From Eledone cirrhosa (lineage: Eukaryota), in the NCBI GenBank assembly GCA_964016885.1, contig OZ024745.1, positions 28,768,001-28,832,000 on the forward strand: 64,000 bases of DNA, read 5' to 3'. A program made the translations under genes and the position numbers. Below, in pieces: positions 38,863-54,608 of the stretch. The notes below the pieces were generated by a model. That model saw only the letters and a list, made by a program, of their open reading frames with translations. It made no database searches and had not been told where the DNA came from. How positions within the stretch are numbered: the stretch's first letter is position 1; the number at the start of each line of letters is the position of its first letter.

Positions 38863-39467
38863 TTTTATTTTACTACTATTTCTAGCAGGTGTCTTGTTGT
38901 TTAGCCTCGAGGAGATGTGGTTGCTATTACTAGCAGTGGTCTCGCACGTAAGATGTAGGTGTTGCTGTTAATGTTTAACCACAGGTCAGCCTCTGGTCTT
39001 GTCGAAACACGTCATGGCAGACATCCCAACCATGACCACCCCATTTTACACGCCAGAAACTATATATAGTTCTTTATTTAAGACGGAGGGGCGGAAATCT
39101 GTACTAATTATTCATCGAGCTTCCTCTGTTGAGTAACTTAATATATATACCCCCCCCCCCCCCCCCATCACTCTCACTAAGCGTGAAACTAATACTGTTT
39201 GTAACTTGTACTCCTGCGTTGTTTTTTGTATTCCGATATATATATATCGGAATACAAAAAACAACAAAATTAGTACAGATTTCCGCCCCTCCGTCTTAGA
39301 TAAAGAACTATATATAGTTTCTGGCGTTTGAATTATATATAATTCGTTTTTGAATTGTTTTGCGAGATTTCTTATCTGAAAACGTGTGTTGAAACAGACG
39401 TTTTCAGATAAGAAATCTCGCAACGTTGAAACACACGTTTTCAGTTAAGAAATCTCGCAAAACGAAT

Positions 39468-39503
<36 letters not shown>

Positions 39504-40125
39504 ACGTGTGTTGAAACAGATATTGTTATACTTTGGGAGGGTCATGTTGCCAATAAAAACACGCGCACCTGTTGATTTTAACTTCAATTTAGTATTTCTC
39601 CTATGCTACGGGCTGTTTCACCTATGTATGTTATATTCTTATTCCTATATTGTCCTTAGTACATCTTATACTATATACTACGTTCCTAGTTTTGCAGTTC
39701 GTTTGTGGGCTTAGCTTGCAGACTATGCATTTCCTATCTGCACAGGGGGATCTTTGAAATGGGTGTTTTGCTAATTGGGGTTTTTATGGGAATACCTGGT
39801 CTTTCAACTATCTTAATATTTAATTTGAGCTTGTCTAAATCTATAAGTTAGTTCGCCTCTAGGGGTTGTCTTTATGAACATTACACTCTGGTATTTATTG
39901 CTATCATACCATGAGTTTATTTTATTAGCATTATTCCTAATTCTTTCTATTCTGTTTCAAAATGTGCTCCTATACATGGGGTTCTAGCTCCTTTATATAC
40001 TCTGATCTTGTTTCTCTGATTGTAGCCAGAGAACTGCATGCTGTGGATGAAGTAACGTATGTGTCTCTCTAATTCTTTGGGGTTGTACATGCGGGACATA
40101 TTCCTCATCACTCTTATATATATAC

Positions 40126-40168
<43 letters not shown>

Positions 40169-40195
40169 TATGTATATATATATATATATATATAC

Positions 40196-41248
40196 GTGCT
40201 CTGGTGCAATAAGTAGCAGCAAGTGCCCACAAACTACTAGCTCTTTCAATTGCGCAGAGGGTTCTATAGAAATAGTGGACAGCTTCCGTTACCTGGGCGA
40301 TAAAATCAGCAGTGGGGGAGGGTGCTCTGAAAGTACTGTAGCTAGAGTCAGAACTGGTTGGAAAAAGTTCAGAGAGCTTATACCACTATTAGCTGCTAAA
40401 GGGTTCTCACTAAAAATGAAAGGCAGGTTGTACGATGCCTGCATACGAACAGCAATGCTGCATGGCAGTGAGACCTGGGCATTGTGTGCAGAGGATATAC
40501 GCAGACTAGAGAGGAACGAAGCTTGCATGCTCCGCTGGATGTGTAACAGTAATATACGTGAACGGCAAAGCATAAACGAACTAAGGAATAAATTAGAGAT
40601 AAGAGGGATCAGATGTTGTTTACTCGAGAGAAGGCTACGTTGGTATGGACACGTGATGCGCATGAAAGTCGATAGCTGTATAACAAAGTGCAGGGCAATA
40701 AAGATAGACGGTAGTCACGGAATAGGCAGACCTAGAAAAACCTGGGACGAGCTGATAAACTCCGACATCACACACTTACACCTCTCCAAGACAATGTCAC
40801 TGGACCGAGACCTTTGGCGGTACTCAGTAACAGAGAAGACCCGCCTTACCTAAATATATAGTAAAACCTACTCCAGCCAGTAGGCATCTCTAACAAATAC
40901 ACCCCGTCCCACCACCCCCACCCGATCCACACCACCCCGTTCTATGTAAAGTTATGTTGGTGCCGCGCCATCGAGGCCGAAACAAATGAGATCGTGTAGG
41001 TGTCACGACAAAAAAACACACAGTCCACGCTGTAATGTGGCCGTGTAGGCAACACGGTAAAAACCTCCCAGACCCACACTGTAAATGTGGTTGGTGTTAG
41101 GAAGGGCATCCAACTGTAGAAAACCTGCCAGACAGTCCTATGCGAGCAAGACAATCACTCTTGCCTCAAGTGGGACTACCCCCGTCCAAACCCATGCAAG
41201 CGTGGAACACGGACGTTAAACGTTGATGATGATGATGATGATGATGAT
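40196..41248 (+). mobile_element. 5'-truncated young RTE copy
   Basis: Nearly identical to 46302-47293 and ends in (GAT)n. Confidence 0.95.
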
Positions 41249-43527
<2,279 letters not shown>

Positions 43528-43559
43528 CAATCATTACCTTCTATCTAGCTACCCAACAT

Positions 43560-46500
43560 CCCTCCCTCCCGCCCCCACGCACCACCATTGCTATTACGTG
43601 GACCAATCATAAGCCAGCCCCCACGCATCACCAGTATTATTATTACGCGGACCAATCATAAGCCAGAGGCCTATACTATCGCTTGCCTGGTTGCCTTTCG
43701 ATATATGATGTATGGATGGACTGTGGAATCCTGGAGAGTGGAGGAGAGAGAGAAAAATCTGGACGCTCAGCGACAATGCCAAAGATAAAGATAAAGATAA
43801 AGACAAATTCACCTCGTGGACAAGAATGCGAGCATTCCTCATTGTTTCGACCGCAGACGGCTAACATAACCCCATCGCCCCCCGCCCCCCACCGCCCCCA
43901 ACCCCCAAACGCAATCCAAAACTTCAGAGTTGGTACCATAAATGTAGGCACCCTAAAGGGTCGCGGTAACGAGGTTGTAGAAATGCTTGAACGTAAGGAG
44001 GTCGATGTTTGTTGTATTCAAGAGACCAGGTGGAGGGGTGGGTCTGCTAGATTCATTGAGGGTAAAAAACGATGTTATAAGCTTTTCTGGGTGGGAAACG
44101 ACGATGGGCTGGGTGGAGTAGGAATCATGGTAGCAGAAAAGTGGGCAGATAAGATAATAGACGTAAATAGAGTGAACGACAGAATAATTAAAATACGACT
44201 TGTCCTCAATAGAACTACGGTGACAGTAATATCTGCGTACGCACCCCAATCCGGACTGCCCGGCACTATAAAAGACAGATTCTATGAGACACTGATGCTA
44301 ACTACCTCCCAAATATCCGACAGTGACTATATAATTATTGCAGGCGACCTAAATGGTCACGTTGGACAACATTGTGACGGCTACGACGAAATCCATGGAG
44401 GCTATGGGTTTGGTACTAGAAATGAGGAAGGCTCCAGAATCCTGGAATTCTGTGATGCAAATAACCTAACTATCTGTAACACTAACTTCAAAAAACGTGA
44501 CAATCACCTGATCACCTATAGATCTGGGGAACACACAAGCCAGGTAGATTATATCCTTACCAGAAGACGTGACAAGAGTGTCTGTTGTAAACACTAAATC
44601 CCTCCCCCATGAAGAATGCACCTCCCAACATAGACTGATAATTAGCGACCTCATAGTCAGGACGAGACGTACTCGACAGCAGAAGAGTACTATCCTCAGG
44701 AGAAAAATATGGAAGCTAAAGGACCCCACAGCCAGGAATAAATTTCAAAGCATATTACTTGATGCTTTCGACAGTAAGGAAGAACATTTAGAGTCGGACA
44801 ATATAGAGGGAGAGTGGAAATTTCTGAAAGCAAACCTGCTGTTGGCGACAGACGAAGTCTGTGGCTGGAGCAGGCCTGTAGGCAGGAGGAGAGTAACATG
44901 GTGGTGGAACAGTAAGGTGGAGGGGTCAATTAAGGCCAAAAAGCAGGCTTGGAAAGTATGGCGGGATGGGGGAAGTAGAGAAGACTATCAAGTGGCCAGG
45001 AGGGAAGCTAGGAGACAAGTGTACTTAGCAAGAAGGGAAGCTGAGGAAAGAAAGTTCAAGCATGTTCTACAACGCGATGACCAAAAACGTGAGGTGTTCA
45101 GGATTGCTAAGCAATGCGTCAAGGAAAACCGTGATATTGTCGGGGAGAAGTGTGTACTTAACGATGATGGCATACTTGCCATCACCGACGCTGATAAGAA
45201 GGTAGCTTGGAAGTGTCACTATGAAAGGCTACTAAATGAGGAGAATAAATGGGAGAAAGACAGTCTCCCCCATATCGACCCAATAGAGGGACCAGCAGTG
45301 TTAGTCGAGGGGAGTATAATAAGTAAGGCAATCAAGGATATGAAGACGGGTAAGGCGGCTGGGCCTTCGGAAATAGTTGCTGAGATGCTGAAGGCATCTG
45401 GCACGGTGGGACACACCATGGTCACCCGCATAGTTAACCAAGTCGTACAGAATGGGGCTGTTCCGAAGGACTGGCATAGCAGCATCATCGTTAACTGTTA
45501 TAAGGGTAAAGGAGACGCCCTAGATAGGAGTAACTATAGAGGCATTAAATTAATCGACCAGGTCATGAAGGTCACGGAAAAAGTAATAGCACAACTAATC
45601 AGAGAGAGAATTGACCTAGATGAAATGCAGTTCGGGTTTGTGTCAGGCAAAAATACCACAGACGCTCTTTTCATTGTACGACAACTACAGGAGAAGTACC
45701 TAGCTAAAGGTAAACCCCTCTACTTAGCTTTTGTCGACTTGGAGAAAGCCTTCGACAGAGTCCCCCGCTCCATTATCTGGTGGGCTCTTAGAAAACTAGG
45801 CGTTGACGAATGGCTTGTGAGAGCTATACAAGCCATGTATAAAGAAACAGTCAGCAAGGTTAGAATTAACAACGAATATAGTGAAGAGTTTAGCGTAAAA
45901 GTTGGCATCCATCAGGGCTCTGTTCTCAGCCCCCTACTATTTATTATTGCCCTTCAGGCTATAACAGAGGAGTTCAAGACCGGCTGCCCATGGGAACTCC
46001 TATACGCAGATGATCTAACGCTCATAGCTGAATCAACGGCCGAGCTAGAGAAGAAATTCCAAACATGGAAGCACGGCCTAGAATCAAAAGGCCTTAAAAT
46101 TAACCTGGCTAAGACTAAAGTTCTAGTTTGTAAGAAAGAAAATAAGGCGGCGGTCCCCTCCGGGAAGTGGCCATGCTCAGAGTGTAGGAAAGGCGTAGGT
46201 AGAAACTCCATTTTGTGTCCCAAATGCAAAGTATGGGTGCATAAAAGATGTAGTGGGATCACAGGTAAGCTAACTAAGAACATAGATTTTACATGTGGCC
46301 GGTGCTCTGGTGCAATAAGTAGCAGCAAGTGCCCACAAAATACTAGCTCTTTCAACTGCGCAGAGGGTTCTATAGAAATAGTGGACAGCTTCCGTTACCT
46401 GGGTGACAAAATCAGCAGTGGGGGAGGGTGCTCTGAAAGTACAGTAGCTAGAGTCAGAACTGGGTGGAAAAAGTTCAGAGAGCTCATACCACTATTAGCC

Positions 46501-47293
46501 GCTAAAGGGTTCTCCCTAAAAATGAAAGGCAGGTTGTATGATGCCTGCATACAAACAGCAATGTTGCACGGCAGTGAGACCTGGGCATTGTGTGCAGAGG
46601 ATATACGCAGACTAGAGAGAAACGAAGCTTGCATGCTCCGCTGGATGTGTAATAGTAATATACGTGAACGGCAAAGCATAAACAAACTAAGGAAAAAATT
46701 AGAAATAAGAGGGATCAGATGTTGTTTACTCGAGAGAAGGCTACGTTGGTATGGACACGTGATGCGCATGAAAGTCGATAGCTGTATAACAAAGTGCAGG
46801 GCAATAAAGATAGACGGTAGCCACGGAATAGGCAGACCTAGAAAAACCTGGGACGAGCTGATAAATTCCGACCTCACACACTTACACCTCACCAAGACAA
46901 TGTCACTGGACCGAGACCTTTGGCGGTACTCAGTAATAGAGAAGACCCGCCTTACCTAAATACAAAGTAAAACCTACTACAGTCAGTAGGCATCTCTAAC
47001 AAAATACACCCCCGTCCCACCACCCCCACCCCATCCACACTGCCCCTTTCAATGTAAAGTTATGTTGGTGCCACAACATCCAGGCCAAAACAAATGAGAT
47101 CGTGTAGGTGTCACGTAAAAAAAACACAGTTCACGCTGTAATGTGGCCATGTAGGCAACACGGTAAAAACCTCCCAGCCCCACACTGTAAATGTGGTTGG
47201 TGTTAGGAAGGGCATCCAGCTGTAGAAAACCCTCCGTCCAAACCCATGCAAGCATGGAACACGGACGTTAAACGATGATGATGATGATGATGA
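43560..47293 (+). mobile_element. Near full-length RTE-clade LINE: APE endonuclease + RT with an inserted PHD-like finger, one +1 frameshift at about 44580
   Basis: ATG at 43776. GTINVGTL, CCIQETRW, SAYAPQ, GDLNGHVG, SQHRLI, FVDLEKAFD, HQGSVLSP, YADD, C4HC3 finger, stop at 46959, 3' UTR and (GAT)n tail. The 5' UTR has two ~48-bp repeats containing CCAAT. Confidence 0.95.
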
Positions 47294-47316
47294 TATATAT
47301 ATATATATGTATATAT

Positions 47317-47665
47317 CATCATCATCATTTTACGTCCACTTTTCCCTGCTTGCAAGGGTGGGACGGGAACTGATTCTGGCTTGATTTCTACAGCTGGATG
47401 CCTTTCCTAACACCACACCAACCTCATTTACAGTGAAAGCTGGGTGCTTTTTTCCCCGCATCCGAAAAACGTGTCCACCAATGCGACCTCCACTGTCCAA
47501 TCTCCCTGTACATCTACTGCATACATACCCCTCCCTACCCGCCAGCTTGCCCGCCACATCTCCCGTGCACCCAGGATCCGCACTGTGTGCACCCTATAGA
47601 ACCTATGCCAGCTCCCTTTCCGCACATCGAACACGGCCACCACCCCTGACGGAACCAGAGTTCTG

Positions 47666-47696
<31 letters not shown>

Positions 47697-48330
47697 CAAC
47701 ACACACACCAGCGCCCCCAACCCACCAACACCCCAGTCCCAGCCAAGCTCGCTCTCAGTCCTCTTGCTTCCAACTGCTGTTTCCATAGCCAGAATTTATT
47801 CTCTAGCTCCTCCACTGATTCTGCTACAAGAACCAGACAGTCAGCATAGAGAAGCTCCCATGGACAGCCAGTCTTAAACTCCTCTGTCACGGCCCGGAGG
47901 ACTACAATGAACAAGAGTGGGCCGAGGACCGAACCCCGATGCACTCCCACTCGCGTCCGGAATTCCTCACTAAACTCCACCCCCACCCTACCTCACCAAT
48001 AGCACCTCTGTACAAAGTCCGCACTGTACCACAAGCCATCCCCCAACACCCAATCCCTCCAGGGACCACCAGATGACAGACCAGGGCACCCCACCAAAGG
48101 CCCTCTCTAGGTCAACAAAGGCCAAGCATAGGGGCCCACCTTTCTCCAAGAACCTCTCCCGCAATTGTCTCACCAAGAAGAGGGTATCCGCTGCACTCCC
48201 CCCAGGCACAAAACCAAACTACATCCCACCCAGCTTGACCCCTTCTCCAACCAATTGTGCCAATATCCTTTCCGCCACTTTCACAACCCGATCCATCAGT
48301 TTTATACCCCCATAATCGCTCCTCTCCTCA
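47317..48330 (-). mobile_element. RTE RT/PHD fragment with heavy A-to-G change on its sense strand, joined to a 3' tail
   Basis: Aligns to 45525-46310 but reads e.g. FVDLERAFGGVP, HRGSVLGP, LAGTGVL and WVHGRCGG. Confidence 0.9.
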
Positions 48331-48464
48331 TTTCTACAGCTGAGTAAACTGGAGCAATGTGAAATAAAGTGTCTTGCTCAAGGAAACAACACATTACCCG
48401 GTCTGAGAATTGAACTCACAACCTTTCGATTGCAAGGCCAATGCTCTAACCACTAAGCCATGTG

Positions 48465-48466
<2 letters not shown>
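48326..48466 (-). mobile_element. tRNA-derived CORE-type SINE 5' part (second copy about 42452-42572)
   Basis: Reverse strand GGCTTAGTGGTTAGAGC...GAGTTCAATTC...TTGTTTCCTTGAGCAAGACACTTTATTTCAC. Confidence 0.75.
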
Positions 48467-48531
<65 letters not shown>

Positions 48532-49093
48532 GCACGCGCACGCGCACACGCACACGCACACGCACACAGAGAGAGAGAGAGAACGCATGTATGTACATAT
48601 GTATATTTTCCATCTACCAATTTCCACACACAACACAATTGGTCTACCACCAGAGGTTATTTACTGAGTGTAGAACAAAACACCTGCCCCACCTCAACCA
48701 ACCCCCAACATGCCACACAGGAGGCACTGGAGCACAAAACCAGGTGGTTACCAAAAGTGAACTCCTTGACCACACAGCCATGCCTGGCTAAACCTATTGA
48801 CACTAACATTAATCTACTCCACCTCCTCTCTCTCTCTCACTCCATTTCCTCCTCCTCTCATCCTGTCTTTGGTTGTTTCTGTTTGCCTTAAGTACACACT
48901 GGAAAAGGAGGAGGAGAAGAGCCAAAAGGGGAAGGAGCTTGTTTCTTTCTTGAATATGTAATTACCTGTTGTTCTCACTTCCTCTGTGGTTGTATGTGTA
49001 TGTGCATGTATATATATATGTGTGTGTGTGTTTATATATATATATATATATATGTGTGTATGTATATATACACACACACACATACACACTCAC

Positions 49094-49126
<33 letters not shown>

Positions 49127-49249
49127 GAAAGAGTGAAGAATAACATGGTCAACAGTACAAAAAAGGGGGTTTTATTTACAGTCTTAACAATTGTTTCACT
49201 GATTAAGTTGTCTAAAATTTACTGAGCGCTTGAAGTTGTGCCATAAATA

Positions 49250-49528
49250 TCATCATCATCATCATCGTTTAACGTCCATGTTCCACGCTTGCATGGGTTT
49301 GGACGGGAGTTTTCTCACTTGAAGCAAGAGTGGTTGTCATTGCTCGCATAGGACTGTCTGGCGGGTTTTCTACAGCTGGATGCCCTTCCTAACACCAACC
49401 ACATTTACAGTGTGGGGCTGGGAGGTTTTTACCGTGTTGCCTACACGGCCACATTACAGCGTGGACTGTGTGTTTCTTTGTCGTGACACCTACACGATCT
49501 CATTTGTTTCAGCCTGGATGTTGTGGCA

Positions 49529-49533
<5 letters not shown>
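49250..49533 (-). mobile_element. RTE 3' UTR/tail-only insertion
   Basis: Reverse complement of 40955-41248 and 47063-47293. Confidence 0.9.
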
Positions 49534-49562
<29 letters not shown>

Positions 49563-49819
49563 TTAAAACAATGAAATAAAAAATCAAGTCATTAGAGATA
49601 TACTTCACTGCTTTACGATTGTTTCTAGATGATGATAATACGTTGTAGCTATACTCCGTTATTGATCTATGTAAGGTTAGTTACAAACTATCAAATAAAG
49701 AGAATATTTACTTACATGCATATCACCAGCTGGTTTCAAAAGCAATAATAATTTTTTCAATAATAATTTTATTCTTTCAAAGGGTCATGACTTCAACTAA
49801 AGTATTTATTTATAACCAT

Positions 49820-51935
49820 ATAATAATAATGAAATTATTGTGTAAAGTGCTCAGGTGCACTACAACTCGTCAAAGGTGTATGTATAGTACATAGAATAAT
49901 ATACAAATGTCAGGGAAGTGAATAGTGTATGAGTCATGGTATACATGTGTGTATGTGTATGGAGGGGGAACATTAGCTGTAGTGTTGGCGGATCTCGGGT
50001 AGCATGGATGCCTTAAAGGATGCAGTGTCTCGATAGCTAACAACTGATGCAGGTAGTTTGTTCCATGCTTCAGCAACTCTGAGCGTGAAAAAATGTTTCC
50101 GAAAGTCATGGGAACTAGTGCTGTTTTCTGACTTTGTGGGCATGTCCACGTGTGTTAGACACATGGAAATCAAAAAGGTACTCAGGGTTGTTGTTGGCAA
50201 GATAGTTAACAATTTTGTGGGTGTTTACCAAGTCAGTTGCCAGGCGTCGGAGCTTCAATGTATCCATGCCCAGGGAAGCAAGGCACTCAGAATATGGTAG
50301 ATGCCTGATGAAGGGTATTCGCTTGGTTGCACGTCTCTGAACAGTTTCCAGGCAGTCAATGTTCTGAGCAAGATAGGGGTTCCAGACTGGTGATGCAAAT
50401 TCTAAGTGTGGCCGCACCATAGCCATGTACAGCCTTAAATAGATATCTGGAGAGCGGCTGACAAAGGTCTTGCTGAGTGATGCTAAACACCCTCGGCCCT
50501 CATGACAATTTTAGAGACGTGCTTCGTCTAGCGCAAATCGCTGCTGACCGTAATGCCCAGGTCACGTTCACAAGAAGACTTCTTGATATTAGTGCTGTGG
50601 AGGGAGTATGTGGACGCTGGGTTTTTACTCCCAAAATGCATGGTGGTGCACTTGTCCACAGCTAGCTTGAGTCGCCAGTCTGAGATCCATTGTTGCATTG
50701 TGTCCAGGTCAGACTGCAAGCAAGATCTATAATGTTCAGGATCTGTCCTTTTTATCTCAAGGTACAGCTTGATGTCATCTGCGTACTTTAGTACTGTGGC
50801 ATTCTTTAAGTTGGCATCTATGTCATTAATATATGCCACAAACAAAAGGGGGTCAAGAACAGATCCCTGTGGTACACCAGATGACATCTCATATGGTGAG
50901 GAATGCTGTCCCAGAACCGTGACTACCTCTCTTCGACTGAGAATGAAGGACTTCAACCAGTTAAAAAGATCATCCTTCACACCCATCGCAGAGAGTTTTG
51001 CCATAAGCCTTTTGTGTGGCACAGAATTGAAGGCTTTCGCAAAGTCAAGGTAAACAACATCCACCCATGAGCCGCCATCAGTGATCCGGGTGATGTCCTC
51101 AAGAAACTCTATAAGTTGATCACAGCAGCTGGAGTTGGGGATAAATCCAAATTGCAAGGGCCGGATAAGACTGTGAGAGCTCCAGAAGTTCCAAAGTGTT
51201 TCTCTGACACAGGATTCCATCAGTTTGGCGATGCAACTAGTAAGACTGACTGGACGATAGTTCACAGGTGATGTGCGGTCACCCTTTTTGAACAGAGGAA
51301 TGACACTAGCAGTTTTCCACTGTTCTGGAGTAGCGCTGTTGTTCAGACAGAATTGGAAGAAGCGTGATAACTGGTGCAGAAGGAAGTACCCACCACGTTT
51401 AAGAAGCAGGTACGTAACACCATCAAGACCAGGAGAGGCATGGTTGTGTTTATTTTTTAGGTGACGTCGCAGCATTGCAGGTGTAAATTCCATGGTTGTA
51501 ATAGAGTCCGGTGTCATAGGTGGTGGAGATGGTACACTCTGGTCTTCAATAGTGAAAATGCCTGCATAACATTCAGCAATGAGCTCTGCGCATTCCTTGG
51601 GGTCGTCAGTAACCTGGCTTGTGTGGGGATTGCGAAGAGGACCAACTGGAGAGTGAGGCCTCTGCTTTGAGTGAACATACTTCCAGAACACCTTACTGTC
51701 AGGGCTGGTTGCTATGTGCTGCTCAAATTGAAGCACTACCTTTTTTGTCACCTGTTTGAGGTGGTTGGACGATCTATTTCGCCTCTTCCAATTAATGTCT
51801 GATTTGTGAAGTTTGTACTCACGTTCAGCATTGCGCCGTTCTTTTCTGGCAAGACGGACTGCTGCAGTCTCCCAAATTGCACTTTTGAGATGTTTTTTCC
51901 CGCTTACGTGGCACCGATGCTGCACATGCTGTCCA
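49820..51935 (-). mobile_element. CR1-clade LINE, 5'-truncated, with a 465-aa RT ORF remnant
   Basis: ASPGLDG, NYRPVSLTS, YLDFAKAF, GVPQGSVL, YADD and an (ATT)n tail. Confidence 0.92.
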
Positions 51936-52019
51936 TATTGAGCTCAATGAAAAAAACAATTTGATTTGTTAGTTCTTCAACTACCTCCAAATAAGGACAT
52001 AATACTAACATACTACTAA

Positions 52020-53025
52020 TCTATATATATAAAACTGTGGTTGTCTGTCTGTCTATCGATTTTTGGCACACATCTCCTCTTAGAATCTCTGACGGAATTG
52101 CACCGAAATTGCTATACTTGTACATTGAGCCCTAGCGAAGACATCGGAAAAAAAATATTTCAAATTGACCCACCCTATGTGACGAAATCGAATATAATGT
52201 ATCGATTTTTGAGCGTAAGTTATCAGTTATTTCCTTTTGTTCTGTTTACATTGAGCGTCTTACGTAAAAAATTACGCTGGCTTTCTCAGCGTTTAAAATG
52301 ACATTAACACAATACACGAACAGTTGTCGAGCCAGCAAAATATTGACCTGCAAAATTCATCAGTTCGAACACTAAGCTTCCGTTTTGCTTCATTTCCATT
52401 TAAAAGCATTTTAAAACAATATTTTTACTTGAAAACAAGTCTATTTAAAGACTACGTAAAACAAGCAAATATTTCGTCGTTAGGCGTGCAGACAGACAGT
52501 CGTACAGACAGACAGTCGTGCAGAGAGGTGATATACGCGTGCAGACAGACAGTCGTGCAGAGAGGTGATATAGGCGTGCAGAGAGGTGATATAGGCGTGC
52601 AGACAGACAGTCGTGCAGAGAGGTGATATAGGCGTGCAGACAGACAGTCGTGCAGAGAGGTGATATCGGCGTGCAGACAGACAGTTGTGCAGAGAGGTGA
52701 TATAGGCGTGCAGACAGACATAACTGGTAATTTGGTTACGCTAATGTTTTTCTCTGCGTTGCAGTGTTTACATTTTCGATCTTTGTTAATAAATAACCAG
52801 TGCAGTTTTTATCCCCAGCATCCTCTTTTGTTATAACATTCGGGTTATCGTTATGTTTTCTTAACTTCATAAGGCATATTGTTGGTTGAGGGAATATTAA
52901 TCAAAAACACCACATGCAAGTCTGCACAGTAGACACTACAGTTTTTAAGCCAAAAAAGAAACTTAACATTGTAACTTTAACACAGCTACTGAGCGACCCC
53001 GAGCAACGCCGGGCTTTACTGCTAG
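52020..53025 (+). mobile_element. Non-autonomous Helitron with an internal 37-bp minisatellite (52483-52720)
   Basis: A|TCTATATATATAAAA start, subterminal hairpin CCCG-AGCAACGC-CGGG, CTAG|T end and no TSD. Confidence 0.8.
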
Positions 53026-53846
53026 TTCTGAATAAAATTATTATTGCTTTTGAAAACAGCTGGTGATATGCATGTAAGTAAATATTCTCTTTATTTGATA
53101 GTTTGTAACTAACCTTACATAGATCAATAACCGAGTATAGCTACAATGTATTATCATCATCTAGAAACGATCTAATGATTTGATTTTTTATTTCATTGTT
53201 TTATTATATCATGACTCTGTTTTCCTTTTAGTGTTTTATTGTTTTCTGATATTTATCTTAACCTACAATATTTTCAACATGTGGATTACATCGAGTTCTT
53301 CATGCAGAATAGACCCCACAACTTACTGTGGTTACCTCTGTGTATATATATATAGTGAAAAATGGAACGGGAACAAAACAGAGAGGCAGTACGAACAAAG
53401 GTTTATTAGTTTCACGCTCTTGAGAGTGACACACACACATACAAATATATACACACACATACAAATATATACTCACACACACACACATGCAAATATATAC
53501 TCGTACACACACACACACACATACAAATATATACACATACACACACATGTACTTGTAATCCTGTGTTTGTTATTTGTATCTTACCCTACTCCAAATATTG
53601 AGTACTTTCTAAACAGTTGTTTGTGTTTATGGCTGCTGAGTGTGTGTGTGTTTGATAAAACTAGGGCCCTCTCATTAAAATAGCCAAGAAACCTCATAGA
53701 AGGCCAGCTTAAACTTACATAGGTGTGAGCTGCAAATTTCATTTTATATATTTGTCTTTTCAAAATCCTTTCATCACAACTTGTGACCTTATCAGTGACT
53801 TCACCCTCTGTGTCAATGCTAACTCTTTTATGCATCTCCTTGTCAG

Positions 53847-53953
53847 GTATGTTGTTCTAACCAGTAAACACCATGAAGGTTACACCAACTGGCCATCCAA
53901 ACACTCCTGGAATTGGAACTCACAATCTGTGGGACCACATCGTGATCTTGTTG
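53847..53953 (+). CDS. FUCA: Alpha-L-fucosidase exon 2
   Basis: CAG| [17 protein letters not shown]...GPHRDLV |GTGAGT, phases 2/1. Confidence 0.95.
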
Positions 53954-53995
53954 GTGAGTTTTATAGTTGTCATAACCTACATCTTGCTCATTGCT

Positions 53996-54505
53996 ATTAT
54001 CATCATCATCATCACCACTACTACTACCACCACCACCACTACTATCACCATCACCACCACCACCACTACTATCACCATCACCACCACCACCACTACTATC
54101 ACCATCACCACCACTACTATCATCACCACCACCACCACCACTACTATCATCATCATCATCATCACCACCACTACTATCACCACCACTACTATCACCACCA
54201 CCACTACTATCATCATCATCACCACCACCACTACTACCACCATCACCACCACCACCACTACTATCATCATCATCATCACCACCACTACTACCACCATCAC
54301 CACCACCACCACTACTATCATCACCACCACCACCACCACTACTATCATCATCATCATCATCACCACCACTACTATCACCACCACTACTATCACCACCACC
54401 ACTACTATCATCATCATCATCACCACCACTACTATCACCATCACCACCACCACCACCACTACTATCACCATCACCACCACCACCACTACTATCATCATCA
54501 TCATT
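53996..54505. repeat. (CAC/CAT/TAC)n trinucleotide array in fucosidase intron 2
   Basis: Directly visible, lying between canonical splice sites. Confidence 0.95.
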
Positions 54506-54608
54506 GCCATCAGCATGTGATTCATAATCCCTATATTACTTACCTCCTTCCAATACACAACAAAATAACTCCCTGCTACCCCTATGTCCACTCTTCTTCT
54601 GTTCACAG

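Noticed and set aside
44569-44597. Programmed frameshift between endonuclease and RT
   Set aside because: RTE elements encode both in one ORF and no slippery heptamer is present, so a point indel is simpler.
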